DNA of 64,000 nucleotides, taken from an uncultured Methanomicrobiales archaeon (GTDB taxonomy: Archaea > Halobacteriota > Methanomicrobia > Methanomicrobiales > Methanospirillaceae). Positions 32,220 through 42,442 of the stretch are shown piece after piece. The translations under genes were made by a program, and so were the position numbers. Each line of letters begins with the position of its first letter. Position 1 is the first letter of the stretch. The stretch is taken from assembly GCA_963758915.1 (NCBI GenBank), contig CAVWXH010000005.1, positions 1 to 64,000 on the forward strand, given 5' to 3'. The notes below the pieces were generated by a model that was not told the DNA's origin, searched no databases, and saw nothing but the letters and a program-made list of their open reading frames with translations.

Positions 32220-33494
32220 ATGAAGAAAATACTTGCGCTGGTAGGCGCCGTGCTCATGCTTGCAATTCTACTCTCCGGTTGTACCAGTCAGCCGGTGACA
32301 CCGGCACCAGCAACAACCGCGGGACCAACAGAAATTCCGACCGGGGTATCGGCAGCGACAGGGGCAACGGGTTCATCATCGTTTCCCACCGGGGTGAACT
32401 GGCGGCTGTTTTCATATACTGATGGAAAAGGCGGGATGGCCAATGTAATCGGAGAACAGCCTGTTACTGCCCTCTTCAGGACGGACGGAACTGTGACCGG
32501 CTCTTCGGGCTGTAACCAGTACACTGCGGGGTACACAACGAGCGGGTCATCGATAACGATTACCCCTGGGATTTCCACGCTGATGGCCTGTGCACCGGCA
32601 GTTATGGACCAGGAATCACTGTACTTCTCATTAATGGCTGCTGCAACCACATACTCGGTAAATGGGGACACTATGTTGTTATTCGACAGTTCAGGGAAGG
32701 CAATCCTCGCCTACAAGCGGCCCCTCGATATCCCTGTAACCCTTCCGGCACAGGCACCGGTGGTTGGCCCATGGGACCTGTTAACCTACTATAACGGGAA
32801 TAATGCAATGGTTTCGGTCCTGTCAGGCAGTAATATTACGGCAATTTTCACTCCCGATGGAAGAATTAACGGATCTTCGGGATGCAATGGGTATTCTGCA
32901 TTCTACTCGCTGAACGGCCAGACCCTGGGGATCAGCCAGGTTAAAAGTACAAAGATGGCATGCGGACCCGAAATTATGCAGCAGGAAAACCAGTACCTGG
33001 CACTGCTGGAGAAAGTGAATACCTACGAAATGAATGGTGACCAGATGGTCCTGTATACGGTGCTGGGACAGAAAGTCCTCCAGTATAAGAAGGGACAGGC
33101 CGGGACAATCACCGCTCCTCCGAAATCAACCCCCTCTACCTCCCCGCGAACCCTGGTCGGTACATGGGTCCTGAAATCATATACTGACGGAAAAGGCGGG
33201 GCTGTCCCGGTCATGGCGGCCGCCCCGGTCACTGCGAAATTCCAGTCAGACGGGAGTCTCTCCGGGTCTTCGGGGTGCAACCAGTACTCCACCACCTATT
33301 CAACGAGTGGCGAAAGCATCAGTATCAGCCATGCCGCCGCGACCACGCGAATGGCCTGTGAACCGGCTGTTATGGCACAGGAGACTGCATACCTCACACT
33401 CCTTCCGAAAGCAGGGATATTTGTGATCTTTGGCGAATCCATGACATTATACGATTCGACAGGGACTGCCCTGCTAAGTTATAAGGCGCCCTGA
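32220..33494 (+). CDS. Lipoprotein with three META/HslJ domains
   Basis: Lipobox LLSGC, P/T linker, three repeats of W.L..Y...GSSGCN.Y...TxMAC...M.QE..Y. Confidence 0.9.
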   Translation: MKKILALVGAVLMLAILLSGCTSQPVTPAPATTAGPTEIPTGVSAATGATGSSSFPTGVNWRLFSYTDGKGGMANVIGEQPVTALFRTDGTVTGSSGCNQYTAGYTTSGSSITITPGISTLMACAPAVMDQESLYFSLMAAATTYSVNGDTMLLFDSSGKAILAYKRPLDIPVTLPAQAPVVGPWDLLTYYNGNNAMVSVLSGSNITAIFTPDGRINGSSGCNGYSAFYSLNGQTLGISQVKSTKMACGPEIMQQENQYLALLEKVNTYEMNGDQMVLYTVLGQKVLQYKKGQAGTITAPPKSTPSTSPRTLVGTWVLKSYTDGKGGAVPVMAAAPVTAKFQSDGSLSGSSGCNQYSTTYSTSGESISISHAAATTRMACEPAVMAQETAYLTLLPKAGIFVIFGESMTLYDSTGTALLSYKAP

Positions 33495-33537
33495 TGATTT
33501 TTGTAACAATAAAAAATATTTTTTTTAATTGGAAATT

Positions 33538-34027
33538 GGCCCTGTTGAAAAGCTATTACAGGCCCCCCGTATCCTGATTATTCTAAAATTTATCTACGCT
33601 CCCGGGGCTCCGCCTCACCCCTGTGGGGCCCCGTTTGGGACAGGGACCGGACCTTGAATTTCTTAGTATGCCGCTCTGTAGAAACACACATGAACGGGAA
33701 GTTCATACCCGGGCTATGAAAATACCTCGTTCAAAATTTCCTATATATAGGGATCCGTTTTGTTATTGACATGGGAAATCCTCTCAAATCTATCCTGCAG
33801 ATTGGGAATTCCAAAATTTCGTCACGCTCCCGGGGCTCATGGCCCGCCGCTTTGGCGACCCCGGTTGGGATAGAGACGATTCCCCCAATACTCTGAATTT
33901 AATGGGCCTTCGGGATACCCTGCCCGAAGAATATCTTAATGGGGGTGGGGCAGGGAGGGAGTGAAACCCCCTCCTGTTTAAGTGACCATCGTACCTCTTT
34001 CTATACTACTGATGATTTCAACAAAGC
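33538..34027. mobile_element. Putative MITE-like composite repeat
   Basis: GGCCCTGTTGAAA ... TTTCAACAAAGC imperfect terminal inverted repeats. Internal direct repeat ACGCTCCCGGGGCTC at 33596 and 33824. No ORF. Confidence 0.5.
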
Positions 34028-34108
34028 GTGCTATGAGCCTCTGGCTCATAGATGGGCATGAAAAAATTGGCATTTTTGATTGTTTTGCCGGGGTTTTTCA
34101 TACCAGCC
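34016..34108. repeat. 93-bp structured intergenic repeat, copy 2
   Basis: Matches 21307-21399. Perfect CTATGAGCC-tct-GGCTCATAG hairpin and an ATGAAAAA/TTTTTCAT stem. Confidence 0.85.
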
Positions 34109-34359
34109 TGGAAATAAAAAAAACCATATTCTGATCTCTGGATTATCGGGCATATGGCATACCGTGTCCTCTTAAATTCCGGGAATTGAATTCTTGCGGC
34201 CATTATCCCCGGAATCAGCATTGTCAGACTGGTTCAAGGTGGGCATAGAGGGTGAGGGCCTGAATATTTTTTGAGCCCTTGGTGGTCAGGGAATACATAA
34301 TTGACCCGGAATGGTAGAAATCTTAATTAACGTGTAAATGAAGTACTCACCGTATTACC

Positions 34360-34926
34360 ATGTCTGAAACAATGACCCCTTCACTGGATGTGACACCCGG
34401 GACGCATGTGTTCCCCTGGTGGCTTGTCCTCATCATGGGTTTCATCACCCTGATCCTGGGGATATTCCTGTTATACTACCCGTACGGGACACTCCTGGTG
34501 CTGGTCACCTTCCTCGGTGCCTACTGGTTTATCAGCGGCCTGATTGGCCTTTGCAGTCTTTTTGTTGACCGTACGAATGCAGGTTGGAAGATCCTCTTTG
34601 GTATCCTCGGTATTATTGCCGGTATCGCTATCCTGACGTACCCCCTGTACAGTACCTTCGTCGTCCCCTACATCTTCATCATCTTCGTTGGTGTGTGGGG
34701 CCTTATTATGGGATTCATGGGTCTTTTCGCAGCCTTTAAAGGGGGCGGGTGGGGTGCAGGTATTATCGGGATCCTCCTGATTATCTTCGGGTGTCTGATC
34801 CTTGCCAACCCGGTTGTAAGCACCTTAATGCTGCCGTTTATCCTCGGGGGTTTCGGTATTATCGGTGGAATTTTTGCAATTGTTGGCGCTTTCATGATCA
34901 AGGGCCAGACCGAAAAGGCCGCCTGA
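34360..34926 (+). CDS. HdeD/DUF308 family protein (close paralog of 57912-58469)
   Basis: FPWWLVLI.G, LGAYWF, KGGGWGAGI. Six TMs. Confidence 0.9.
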   Translation: MSETMTPSLDVTPGTHVFPWWLVLIMGFITLILGIFLLYYPYGTLLVLVTFLGAYWFISGLIGLCSLFVDRTNAGWKILFGILGIIAGIAILTYPLYSTFVVPYIFIIFVGVWGLIMGFMGLFAAFKGGGWGAGIIGILLIIFGCLILANPVVSTLMLPFILGGFGIIGGIFAIVGAFMIKGQTEKAA

Positions 34927-35524
34927 ACTCCGCTTCAGTTAATCTTTTTTTTAACCAGTGGTTCATCGAAACAGCCGTATAAAGGAAGTTACCGGGACTA
35001 TCCGCTCCCGGCTGTGACAGAGGCAATCTTACGACATTTTAATTCTGGTATGAACCACTCTCGAGGAGTGGTCGTGGAAAAACATGCCCTGTTGGTATTA
35101 CAATACCCTCCTTCCCGGGCATTCCCGGTGTGATTCATACATTATTTTATACCAGGCAGATATTTTAGGATTATTGCGCTTTTCATTGTTCCGGTTGCAA
35201 TTTTCACGCTCAGCTGTATCGGTACCTTTTTCTTTAGCCTTCAGAGTCCTCAAATGTTCCGGGTGCTCAGGATGTCGGGTGATGCCAATCCCCCCGGGGA
35301 TGTCCGTAACGCTGCCATGGTTACATTGGAATGAGCCGCATGGTGATGGAAAAGAGGGATCCGGGCGATAATACCTCCAAAGGTGGTCATGTACGTCATA
35401 ACTCATACAAAATGCCATTTAACGATCATACAACCCGATAATCCATTGGATAATACCAGGGGAAAAACCGGGGAGATCAATGGTCTTATAACCAATAAGT
35501 TATGATTGCTGTAACAGGAATATC

Positions 35525-35983
35525 ATGAAGGCAATACGCTGGTTATTACTCATATTTTTCATTGGAACTGTGATATGGGGTTTTGCAGGAGCGGAAACCT
35601 CCTCCAATGCCGCAGGATACCTCCAGGTTTCATCCACACCTTCCGGAGCATCAGTTTACCTGGATGAGGTGTACCAGGGGATCACCCCTGAATCGAACGG
35701 GTTTATCAATATTACTGTCCTGAACCCCCGGGAATACAGACTTGTTCTTAAGAAACCCGTTTACCTTGATTATATTTCAACGGTGAATATCGTTTCCGGA
35801 CAGACTGTGAAAGTCTCTGCAACCCTTCAGCCCGCTGATGTGAGCGCCCAGGAAAACCCCGGAAACTCCGTGATGACGGGTGTACTGGTAGTAATAGTTG
35901 TCCTAATCATTGTCGGGTTCCTTGTCCTGTATATCAGGCACCGCAGGAAACCAAAAGGACCCGCGAAGATTGAGCTGGATTGA
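35525..35983 (+). CDS. PEGA-domain cell-surface protein
   Basis: Signal peptide, LQVSSTPSGASVYLD...YQGITP, C-terminal TM with a basic tail. Confidence 0.85.
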   Translation: MKAIRWLLLIFFIGTVIWGFAGAETSSNAAGYLQVSSTPSGASVYLDEVYQGITPESNGFINITVLNPREYRLVLKKPVYLDYISTVNIVSGQTVKVSATLQPADVSAQENPGNSVMTGVLVVIVVLIIVGFLVLYIRHRRKPKGPAKIELD

Positions 35984-36041
35984 TTATAGTAATTGCACCA
36001 ACTTTTTTCCGGGAATGACCCCTATACTCGTTTATCCATAT

Positions 36042-37034
36042 TCACGATCTTCTGTCATTTCGCACGCTCCAGGAAAGCCTGGACTGAAGGTCATGCAACT
36101 GGTCCGGGCATTCCTCCTGGGGGACATGCCCGCAGTCGTTCAGTACCACCAGCTCAGATCCGGGTATTTCCCTGGATAGTTGAATACTCCGGGCAGCGGG
36201 TACAATCCGGTCGTCATCCCCGGTGATAACAAGCACCGGCATAGCCAGGTCCTTCAGGTGTCCGGAATAATTGACTGGATTGCCTGCGATGGTGAACTCG
36301 TAGAGTGCTTTATCCCAGTTATCCGCCCTGAGCGGCCTGCGATAGCCCTCATACACCGCCGGGTCTATCCTGGATGGATCATGCCATGCCATCCGGATGG
36401 TGTCATTTCCTAAATCCCCTGCGATAGTACGCACGAGCAATGGAGCCATGTTCCGTATTTGCGGTAACGTCATGAGAGGATATGCCCATTGTGGTAACGG
36501 ACCTTTATTCCCGTTTCCCACGGCTGGATCCACGAGTACTAATCCCTGCACGCGTTCCGGATGTTCCACGGCGTACGCAGCTGCGACTTCCCCACCCGCT
36601 GAATTCCCCACAAGGATGGCTTTCTCAATACGGAGTTCGTCCATCAGCCCGTCCAGCAGTTCCACGTTTCCCTGGACGCTGTAGGGATTTGTACCCGTCC
36701 AGTTCCCATCCATGGGGCGTTCAGTAAGACCAAATGCGGGACGGTCATATGCAATGACACGACCGGACTCCGAGAGGGGCCCCATCACTTCACGCCATGA
36801 ATACTCGCTGGCACCAAAACCATGAAGGAGGATAATCACCGGCCCCCCCTGTCCCATTTCCTTGTAATGAACGGTCGTTCCGTTCACATCCACAAAATGG
36901 CTGTCCGGGTCGGCAAGTTCATGTTCAGGAACGGTCCCGGCCAGGGGTGGGACCGGGTAAATGAGTGGAACAATGAGCAGGGTTACGGTAATGCCAAGAA
37001 TAACGATGCCGAGGATTTTCCAGAAGTGCTTCAC
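36042..37034 (-). CDS. Membrane-anchored alpha/beta hydrolase (probable indel near the C-terminus)
   Basis: GTG start at 37034 then a TM. LLHGFG, YDRPAFG, GNSAGG, GDDDRIVP, CGHVPQEE. Confidence 0.9.
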   Translation of the reverse strand: MKHFWKILGIVILGITVTLLIVPLIYPVPPLAGTVPEHELADPDSHFVDVNGTTVHYKEMGQGGPVIILLHGFGASEYSWREVMGPLSESGRVIAYDRPAFGLTERPMDGNWTGTNPYSVQGNVELLDGLMDELRIEKAILVGNSAGGEVAAAYAVEHPERVQGLVLVDPAVGNGNKGPLPQWAYPLMTLPQIRNMAPLLVRTIAGDLGNDTIRMAWHDPSRIDPAVYEGYRRPLRADNWDKALYEFTIAGNPVNYSGHLKDLAMPVLVITGDDDRIVPAARSIQLSREIPGSELVVLNDCGHVPQEECPDQLHDLQSRLSWSVRNDRRS

Positions 37035-37035
37035 G

Positions 37036-37785
37036 TTATTCGCCCTCCACTGCCCGTACCAGCCGCACGGTAAGGTTAGTCGCCTGTGCCTGCTGGTCTT
37101 CAGCAGAGATCGTTGCGATGCCATCTCCCGGTTGCGGACCGTAATTACCAAACTGGGCATGGTTACCCCCTTCAATTACCTGTCTGATCGTCCCCGGCGG
37201 GAGCAGGACGAGCGTTGAATTGAAATTTTCCAAGTTTAGAACCATATCTTCCGACCCGTATGTTGAAAGACCCTTCAGGTCGGTTGCTGACAGGTCATCG
37301 CTCTCCGGAGGGTATGACGCCCATAAAAACAATCCCTGCACCCTGTAGGGGTGGCTCCTGGCATACGAAGCAGCCACTGACCCCCCGAGGGAGTGCCCCC
37401 CGATAACCCAGTACCTGATACCGGGAAATGCCGCAATCACCTCATCCGCCTTATTCACGCCAAAAACCGGCAGGGATAACGGCATCCTTACAATTGAGAC
37501 CATGTAACCACGGCTGGCAATCCGGCGTGCAACCGGGGCATACGAGCGATAATCGACATGCCCGCCGGGGTAGATAATGAGGGCTGTTATGGGCTGATTT
37601 GTGACCGGGGTAAATACCACGAAATTACCATTATCCACAACACTGACAACTCCCCCCGGCTCCATCGCTGCCAGGGCCTGGTCGGTTGGACCGAGAGGGG
37701 TCATCCCCCAGGCGATAAAAACGACGACGCCGAAGAGTAATGCGCCTGCCAGCACCATTAGGGCGTTTTTCAGGACGTTATTCAT
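37036..37785 (-). CDS. Alpha/beta hydrolase (Abhydrolase_5-like) with N-terminal TM
   Basis: IYPGGHVD..SY, GGHSLGG, GGNHAQFGNYGPQPGD. Confidence 0.9.
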   Translation of the reverse strand: MNNVLKNALMVLAGALLFGVVVFIAWGMTPLGPTDQALAAMEPGGVVSVVDNGNFVVFTPVTNQPITALIIYPGGHVDYRSYAPVARRIASRGYMVSIVRMPLSLPVFGVNKADEVIAAFPGIRYWVIGGHSLGGSVAASYARSHPYRVQGLFLWASYPPESDDLSATDLKGLSTYGSEDMVLNLENFNSTLVLLPPGTIRQVIEGGNHAQFGNYGPQPGDGIATISAEDQQAQATNLTVRLVRAVEGE

Positions 37786-37812
37786 GTAATCCCCATACCA
37801 GAACTCCTTTAC

Positions 37813-39159
37813 TTATGAATGGCCTTTCAATTTCAGGACCAGGGCCTCAGCAGTACGGTGTATCGACATCCGGTCCTCTTCGATCAGGGAACCAGCCCCG
37901 CTCTCCCGCTGGATGAGGGTTACATGACGAAGCAGGCTCTGGCGTGCACCGTCGGATTTCGCATCATGGCTGATCACATCGATTATCTTCAGCATATGCA
38001 TGAGTACATTTGCGTTGTCGGAACTGGCATGCCGGAGCATATCGAAGGCAGCGCCGAGTAATTCGTCGAACGTAACCGGATCGAAAAGAAGGCGCAACCT
38101 GCCCTGGCTGTCATACACATCCGGGCTGACAGGCCCCTGCCTGGCAAACAACGCGAGGCCGTTACCAATATGGTCCAGGCATGTCATGGCAGTGAAGGGG
38201 TCGTTGATCGCAGGGGACATGGCACGGACTGCCATTTCGGTAAGCTGGTTAACGGCATATTCAACATCCTGCGTGGGTGTCCGCTGGTTTCCGAGATGGA
38301 ATGTGATCCTGATTATGTCATCCAGTTCTTTATCGATCCGTTCCCCGGGCCAGACCCGTGCAATGACCATGCCGTCCCGTACAAAGTTGCCTGGTTTGTT
38401 CACGATGCGGATCACAATATCATGTTTTTCGGCCAGGAGGAGGAGGGACTTCTGGTCAATGTATTTAATATACCCCGTCCTGCCAGCAACAACGAGGTGG
38501 GGATCTCCCACCATTGATGAATCCGGAAGATTTTTTTCGGTTTGAGGTGTATGTTCACCACCTGTTATTTCAGTTCGGTTCTCTTCGCTGACTACTTCCT
38601 GCAATTCTGCCCCCGCTGCGGCCGCGATGTTGGGTGCCTGAAGCATGATGCTGATATGCTGGATCATCAGTATAATCGATGCGAAAGAGGCAATTAACAG
38701 GTACAGTCCAACGGTAACAGTGATTTGAGGCGCATCAGGTTGTACTTCGGCAGACGGAATGGCCATTGCACCAATCACGCAGTAGGTAAAGGTAGCGACG
38801 AATATGCCCAGCACGAGCTGGGTCGTGCGATCACCGAGAAATATGCGCAACAGGCGTGATCCATACTGGGCGGCTACGGTAGAAAGAGGCAGGGTAAGGA
38901 GTGTGAAGACAACCCCGGCTGTCGTCAGCACAACCGTGGCCATACTAAACAAATAGCCACGTGCCTCGCCCACGCTCCCTGAAATGACGAAACTGCTGTT
39001 GTTCAGGACTTCATTTGGGACCTGACCATCCACCCAGAACATTAACCACGCCAGCAATACCGCACCAAGTGCCATGACTCCCGGAATAAACAGGAAGTTT
39101 ACCGCTATCCTGTCCCAGGTCTGACGACCTGCTATCCTGCGCTTCAATCGAATGATCAT
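37813..39159 (-). CDS. DUF2254 family membrane protein
   Basis: AVRAMSPAINDPFTAM. Collinear paralog of 7199-8551. Confidence 0.9.
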   Translation of the reverse strand: MIIRLKRRIAGRQTWDRIAVNFLFIPGVMALGAVLLAWLMFWVDGQVPNEVLNNSSFVISGSVGEARGYLFSMATVVLTTAGVVFTLLTLPLSTVAAQYGSRLLRIFLGDRTTQLVLGIFVATFTYCVIGAMAIPSAEVQPDAPQITVTVGLYLLIASFASIILMIQHISIMLQAPNIAAAAGAELQEVVSEENRTEITGGEHTPQTEKNLPDSSMVGDPHLVVAGRTGYIKYIDQKSLLLLAEKHDIVIRIVNKPGNFVRDGMVIARVWPGERIDKELDDIIRITFHLGNQRTPTQDVEYAVNQLTEMAVRAMSPAINDPFTAMTCLDHIGNGLALFARQGPVSPDVYDSQGRLRLLFDPVTFDELLGAAFDMLRHASSDNANVLMHMLKIIDVISHDAKSDGARQSLLRHVTLIQRESGAGSLIEEDRMSIHRTAEALVLKLKGHS

Positions 39160-39400
39160 GCAATCTCACCCCCGTTTAGATACTTCAATAGTCCAGTTAA
39201 GATTGATTGCGGCATCCGATAAATTGGTATGGATTCATCATCCTGCCTGAGCAGATCTTACCGGAGCCGGCTCTATACCCTGAAAGAGAATAAAGGGACG
39301 GATCCTATTTTATTTTTCGAGGCACTATCCGGACGGTGAAACAGGATAGAATTATATTGTACCAATCCAATTGGAAAAGGGTCAAAATGAGGGAAAAATC

Positions 39401-39499
39401 ATGAAAAAGATCTGGTGGATCATATTACTCGTGCTCCTTGGAGTGGTGATAATCGGTGGTGCATACCTGCGGTGGGAATTCTGGACCGGGCTTTTTTAA
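39401..39499 (+). CDS. 32-aa single-TM small protein
   Basis: MKKIWWIILLVLLGVVIIGGAYLRWEFWTGLF*, with GAGGGA upstream. Confidence 0.55.
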   Translation: MKKIWWIILLVLLGVVIIGGAYLRWEFWTGLF

Positions 39500-39670
39500 G
39501 TGTGAAGGACATGGTGTAGCTGCCGGTACCGGGTTGAATCATCAACATCAATTTTTACCAGTCTAAACATGCTTAACGCGTTCCTGGTTTTGATTCGTCA
39601 TTATCGGGAATATTTCTTTAATTATCTCTGTCCTGTTTTTGTGAATAAAACGCATAAAAGAAGAATGGTA

Positions 39671-41278
39671 TCAGGCCCCTTCTTCTGCTACCGCTTTTAC
39701 CGCAGGTAAACGCCGGGCCAGAAGATAGGCGACAAACGCCGAGAATGCCATAAACATCAACGTAATAATAAATGCATTCTGCCTGGAAGTATTGTAGATC
39801 CGTAATGCCTCAGCTTCGTATGCTCCGTTATCCTGGATTTTTTCCGAGACTACATCGGTTGATACCACCTCCATGCTTGTTTTCATGTCCTGGCTAATCT
39901 GCTCCTTTATTTCGCAGGGAAACACACTGCTTTGTTCCACCATCATCCCCACCCCGCCGGTTAACGCCACCACCAGGATAGTACCGATCACTGCGGTTCC
40001 AACCGAGCTCCCTAACGTCTCCAGGGTCGAAGCGATCCCCGATGCCTCCGCAGTCTGCCCGGGCTTCACTGCAGACATGATCAGGTTAACAACCTGCGAT
40101 ACCACTAGGCCCATCCCCAGACCGTACACAAATAAACCCGGCATCAAACCCGCGGGGGCATTTCCGATGAACAAATACACTATCATCATGAGGATCCCGG
40201 TAATAGCCGTTAAAAATCCCCACATGACCTTCTTTCTCGGTAAAATACCGAGTCCCCTTTTTGCCCCACCAAGGGCCGTCAACAAAAGGCCGGCAGTTAA
40301 CGCTATGAGAATAAACCCGGTTTCAAAAGCGCTGATACCATAGGTCACCTGTAAAAACAGGGGTACCGCAAAAGTTGTTCCGGCAATCAGGGCTACCTGG
40401 ATAAATCTCACATCCAGGCCGGTCACAAAATTCCTGATATTAAATATCGCCAGGTCTACCAACCGGTCCCTGCCGTTTTCTTCCAGGTGCCGCTCCCAAT
40501 GGACAAACTGGATTAAACATACCACTGCAGCTCCGTATAAAAATGGGACGATGGAAAGGCCTAACGGGGCGAACTCGTAACCAGCGATAATAAGCGGTTG
40601 CTTGGCGAAAATTAATCCGTAATCTGCTATCAGGAGCGTCCCCAAGACGAACATCACCATTGCCCCCGCCTGCCATAATACCCCCACTTTATCCAGTACC
40701 GGCCTCACGCTGCCCATTACATCCCGGGGTATTACTTTGCTCATCAGTAAGACCCCCAACAGCACCAGCACTTCCAGACGAAAAGCCCAGCGCCATGAAA
40801 AATACGTGGTTAAAAACCCGCCAATTAATGGCCCTACTGCCATGGCCATGGCATTCATTCCGCCCATTATCCCGTAAGCCCTGACCCGGTCCATCCCGGT
40901 AATATAAGCCCTGATAATGGTATTCACGTTTGGCAGCATCATGGCAGCTCCAAAGCCCTGGATAGCACACCACCCCAGAATAAAAACCGATAAATTATTA
41001 CTCACTGAGGCCAGCAGGCTGCCGGCGATATAAAAAAGGGCCCCGGTCAGAAAAGTTTTTTTCATCCCGATAATATCTGCGAGTTTCCCGCCCATCAGGA
41101 CAAACGCAGCCATCATCAAAGCGTTGAGTGCAATTGCGGCCTGTACTCCGGATGCGGTTGTCTGTAAATCGTTGACCAGCGCCGAAATGGATACATTCAT
41201 GATGGTATTGTCGAGGACCACCACAAATGTTCCCAGGGCCATTACAACAACCAGACTTTTTCCCACCGTCGAGGACAT
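39671..41278 (-). CDS. MFS transporter, DHA2-like (14 TM)
   Basis: LDNTIMNVSI, GGKLADIIG, GPLIGGFLTTYFSWRWAF. Confidence 0.9.
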   Translation of the reverse strand: MSSTVGKSLVVVMALGTFVVVLDNTIMNVSISALVNDLQTTASGVQAAIALNALMMAAFVLMGGKLADIIGMKKTFLTGALFYIAGSLLASVSNNLSVFILGWCAIQGFGAAMMLPNVNTIIRAYITGMDRVRAYGIMGGMNAMAMAVGPLIGGFLTTYFSWRWAFRLEVLVLLGVLLMSKVIPRDVMGSVRPVLDKVGVLWQAGAMVMFVLGTLLIADYGLIFAKQPLIIAGYEFAPLGLSIVPFLYGAAVVCLIQFVHWERHLEENGRDRLVDLAIFNIRNFVTGLDVRFIQVALIAGTTFAVPLFLQVTYGISAFETGFILIALTAGLLLTALGGAKRGLGILPRKKVMWGFLTAITGILMMIVYLFIGNAPAGLMPGLFVYGLGMGLVVSQVVNLIMSAVKPGQTAEASGIASTLETLGSSVGTAVIGTILVVALTGGVGMMVEQSSVFPCEIKEQISQDMKTSMEVVSTDVVSEKIQDNGAYEAEALRIYNTSRQNAFIITLMFMAFSAFVAYLLARRLPAVKAVAEEGA

Positions 41279-41559
41279 ACCTTCGCTCCTTCAATATCAC
41301 TATTTTTTTTAAGTTGTTATCATTTCCGGTCCAATGCGTAGGCCATGCCTGGGCGGAATTGCAGATTTTGTACGTGTTAAACGATGGTTTCTGCATGATA
41401 TCCAGCCACCATCAGTCGGGGACTGTCCCACCTGTGAGACTGGACTCCTTTTCAGACAGGAGTGCGGAATGCAACATTAGGGTCCATAATAACAATATTA
41501 AAAAAAAACCGTCAATTATGTACTTTTTTTAAAAAGAATAATTTTCCTGAATCACCATC

Positions 41560-42069
41560 TTACGGGTTAATCCCCTTGAACGCGACTATCTGGTCGTATG
41601 TCTTGACTTTTCCTACCGTCGGAGCAGTCACCCATATCTCTACCCTGTTCTGATACTCGCTGGACGGGAATGTTACATTTTGTCCGACATAGAACGGCGG
41701 TAACATGTAGCTCTGCTGTGATGTCCCGTCCGGTTTTGTGAAGGTCACATCAACGCGGGAATCGGTATTCATACCATTTCCTCCCCTGATTGATACGCCC
41801 ATGTAGGGGTTTGCGGTATTACCGTTACCCTGCACCATGAAATCAAGTTGGTAACTGGCGGGGAGTGTCTCTGTTGGCCCCGGAATACCCATTCCATCCT
41901 TCGTAACGGTTGCTGCCGGTGCCGTTGTCTGGGGTGGGACTGGTGTTGCAACGGGACTCGCAGCGGGAGTTGGTGTTACTACCGGGGGGGTTGCATTCTG
42001 GGTACATCCTGCTGTTACTACGAAAGCAACAGCGAGTACCAGGCATACTACAATCATTGAAAATTTCAT
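41560..42069 (-). CDS. Hypothetical lipoprotein with P/T-rich linker
   Basis: Signal peptide ending TAGC, PGPTETLP, GGNG. Confidence 0.8.
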   Translation of the reverse strand: MKFSMIVVCLVLAVAFVVTAGCTQNATPPVVTPTPAASPVATPVPPQTTAPAATVTKDGMGIPGPTETLPASYQLDFMVQGNGNTANPYMGVSIRGGNGMNTDSRVDVTFTKPDGTSQQSYMLPPFYVGQNVTFPSSEYQNRVEIWVTAPTVGKVKTYDQIVAFKGINP

Positions 42070-42442
42070 AACGGTGTTATCGTGTGAACATACCTATAAG
42101 AGTATCGTACCTGAGTTTTCAGCCAGACTGTCAGTAAGAAATCGTCTTAAACAGGTAAAATAGTAATGAAATCGTTAAATAAGCCTGAAAAACAATTCTC
42201 CGTAATAATTACCCTGATAAACAAGGATGACAATGCCCGTTTTTACATGGAACAGATAGTCTATTCGGGGGGCACTGATCAATTTAAAGCCCGGATATCA
42301 ATTGAACAGGTTCACCAAACAGGTAAAAAAGAGTTCGTGGGAATATCAACCCGGGAATACGGTTTATCCCGGAGATGAGGCGGGCATAAACGGTCCACCT
42401 GCCAGACTATCAATATATCCTCATTCAGGAGCCTTCGGGGCC

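Noticed and set aside
35084-35418. ORFs 35084-35371 (+) and 35098-35418 (-)
   Set aside because: No recognisable motif, atypical composition, and they overlap each other.
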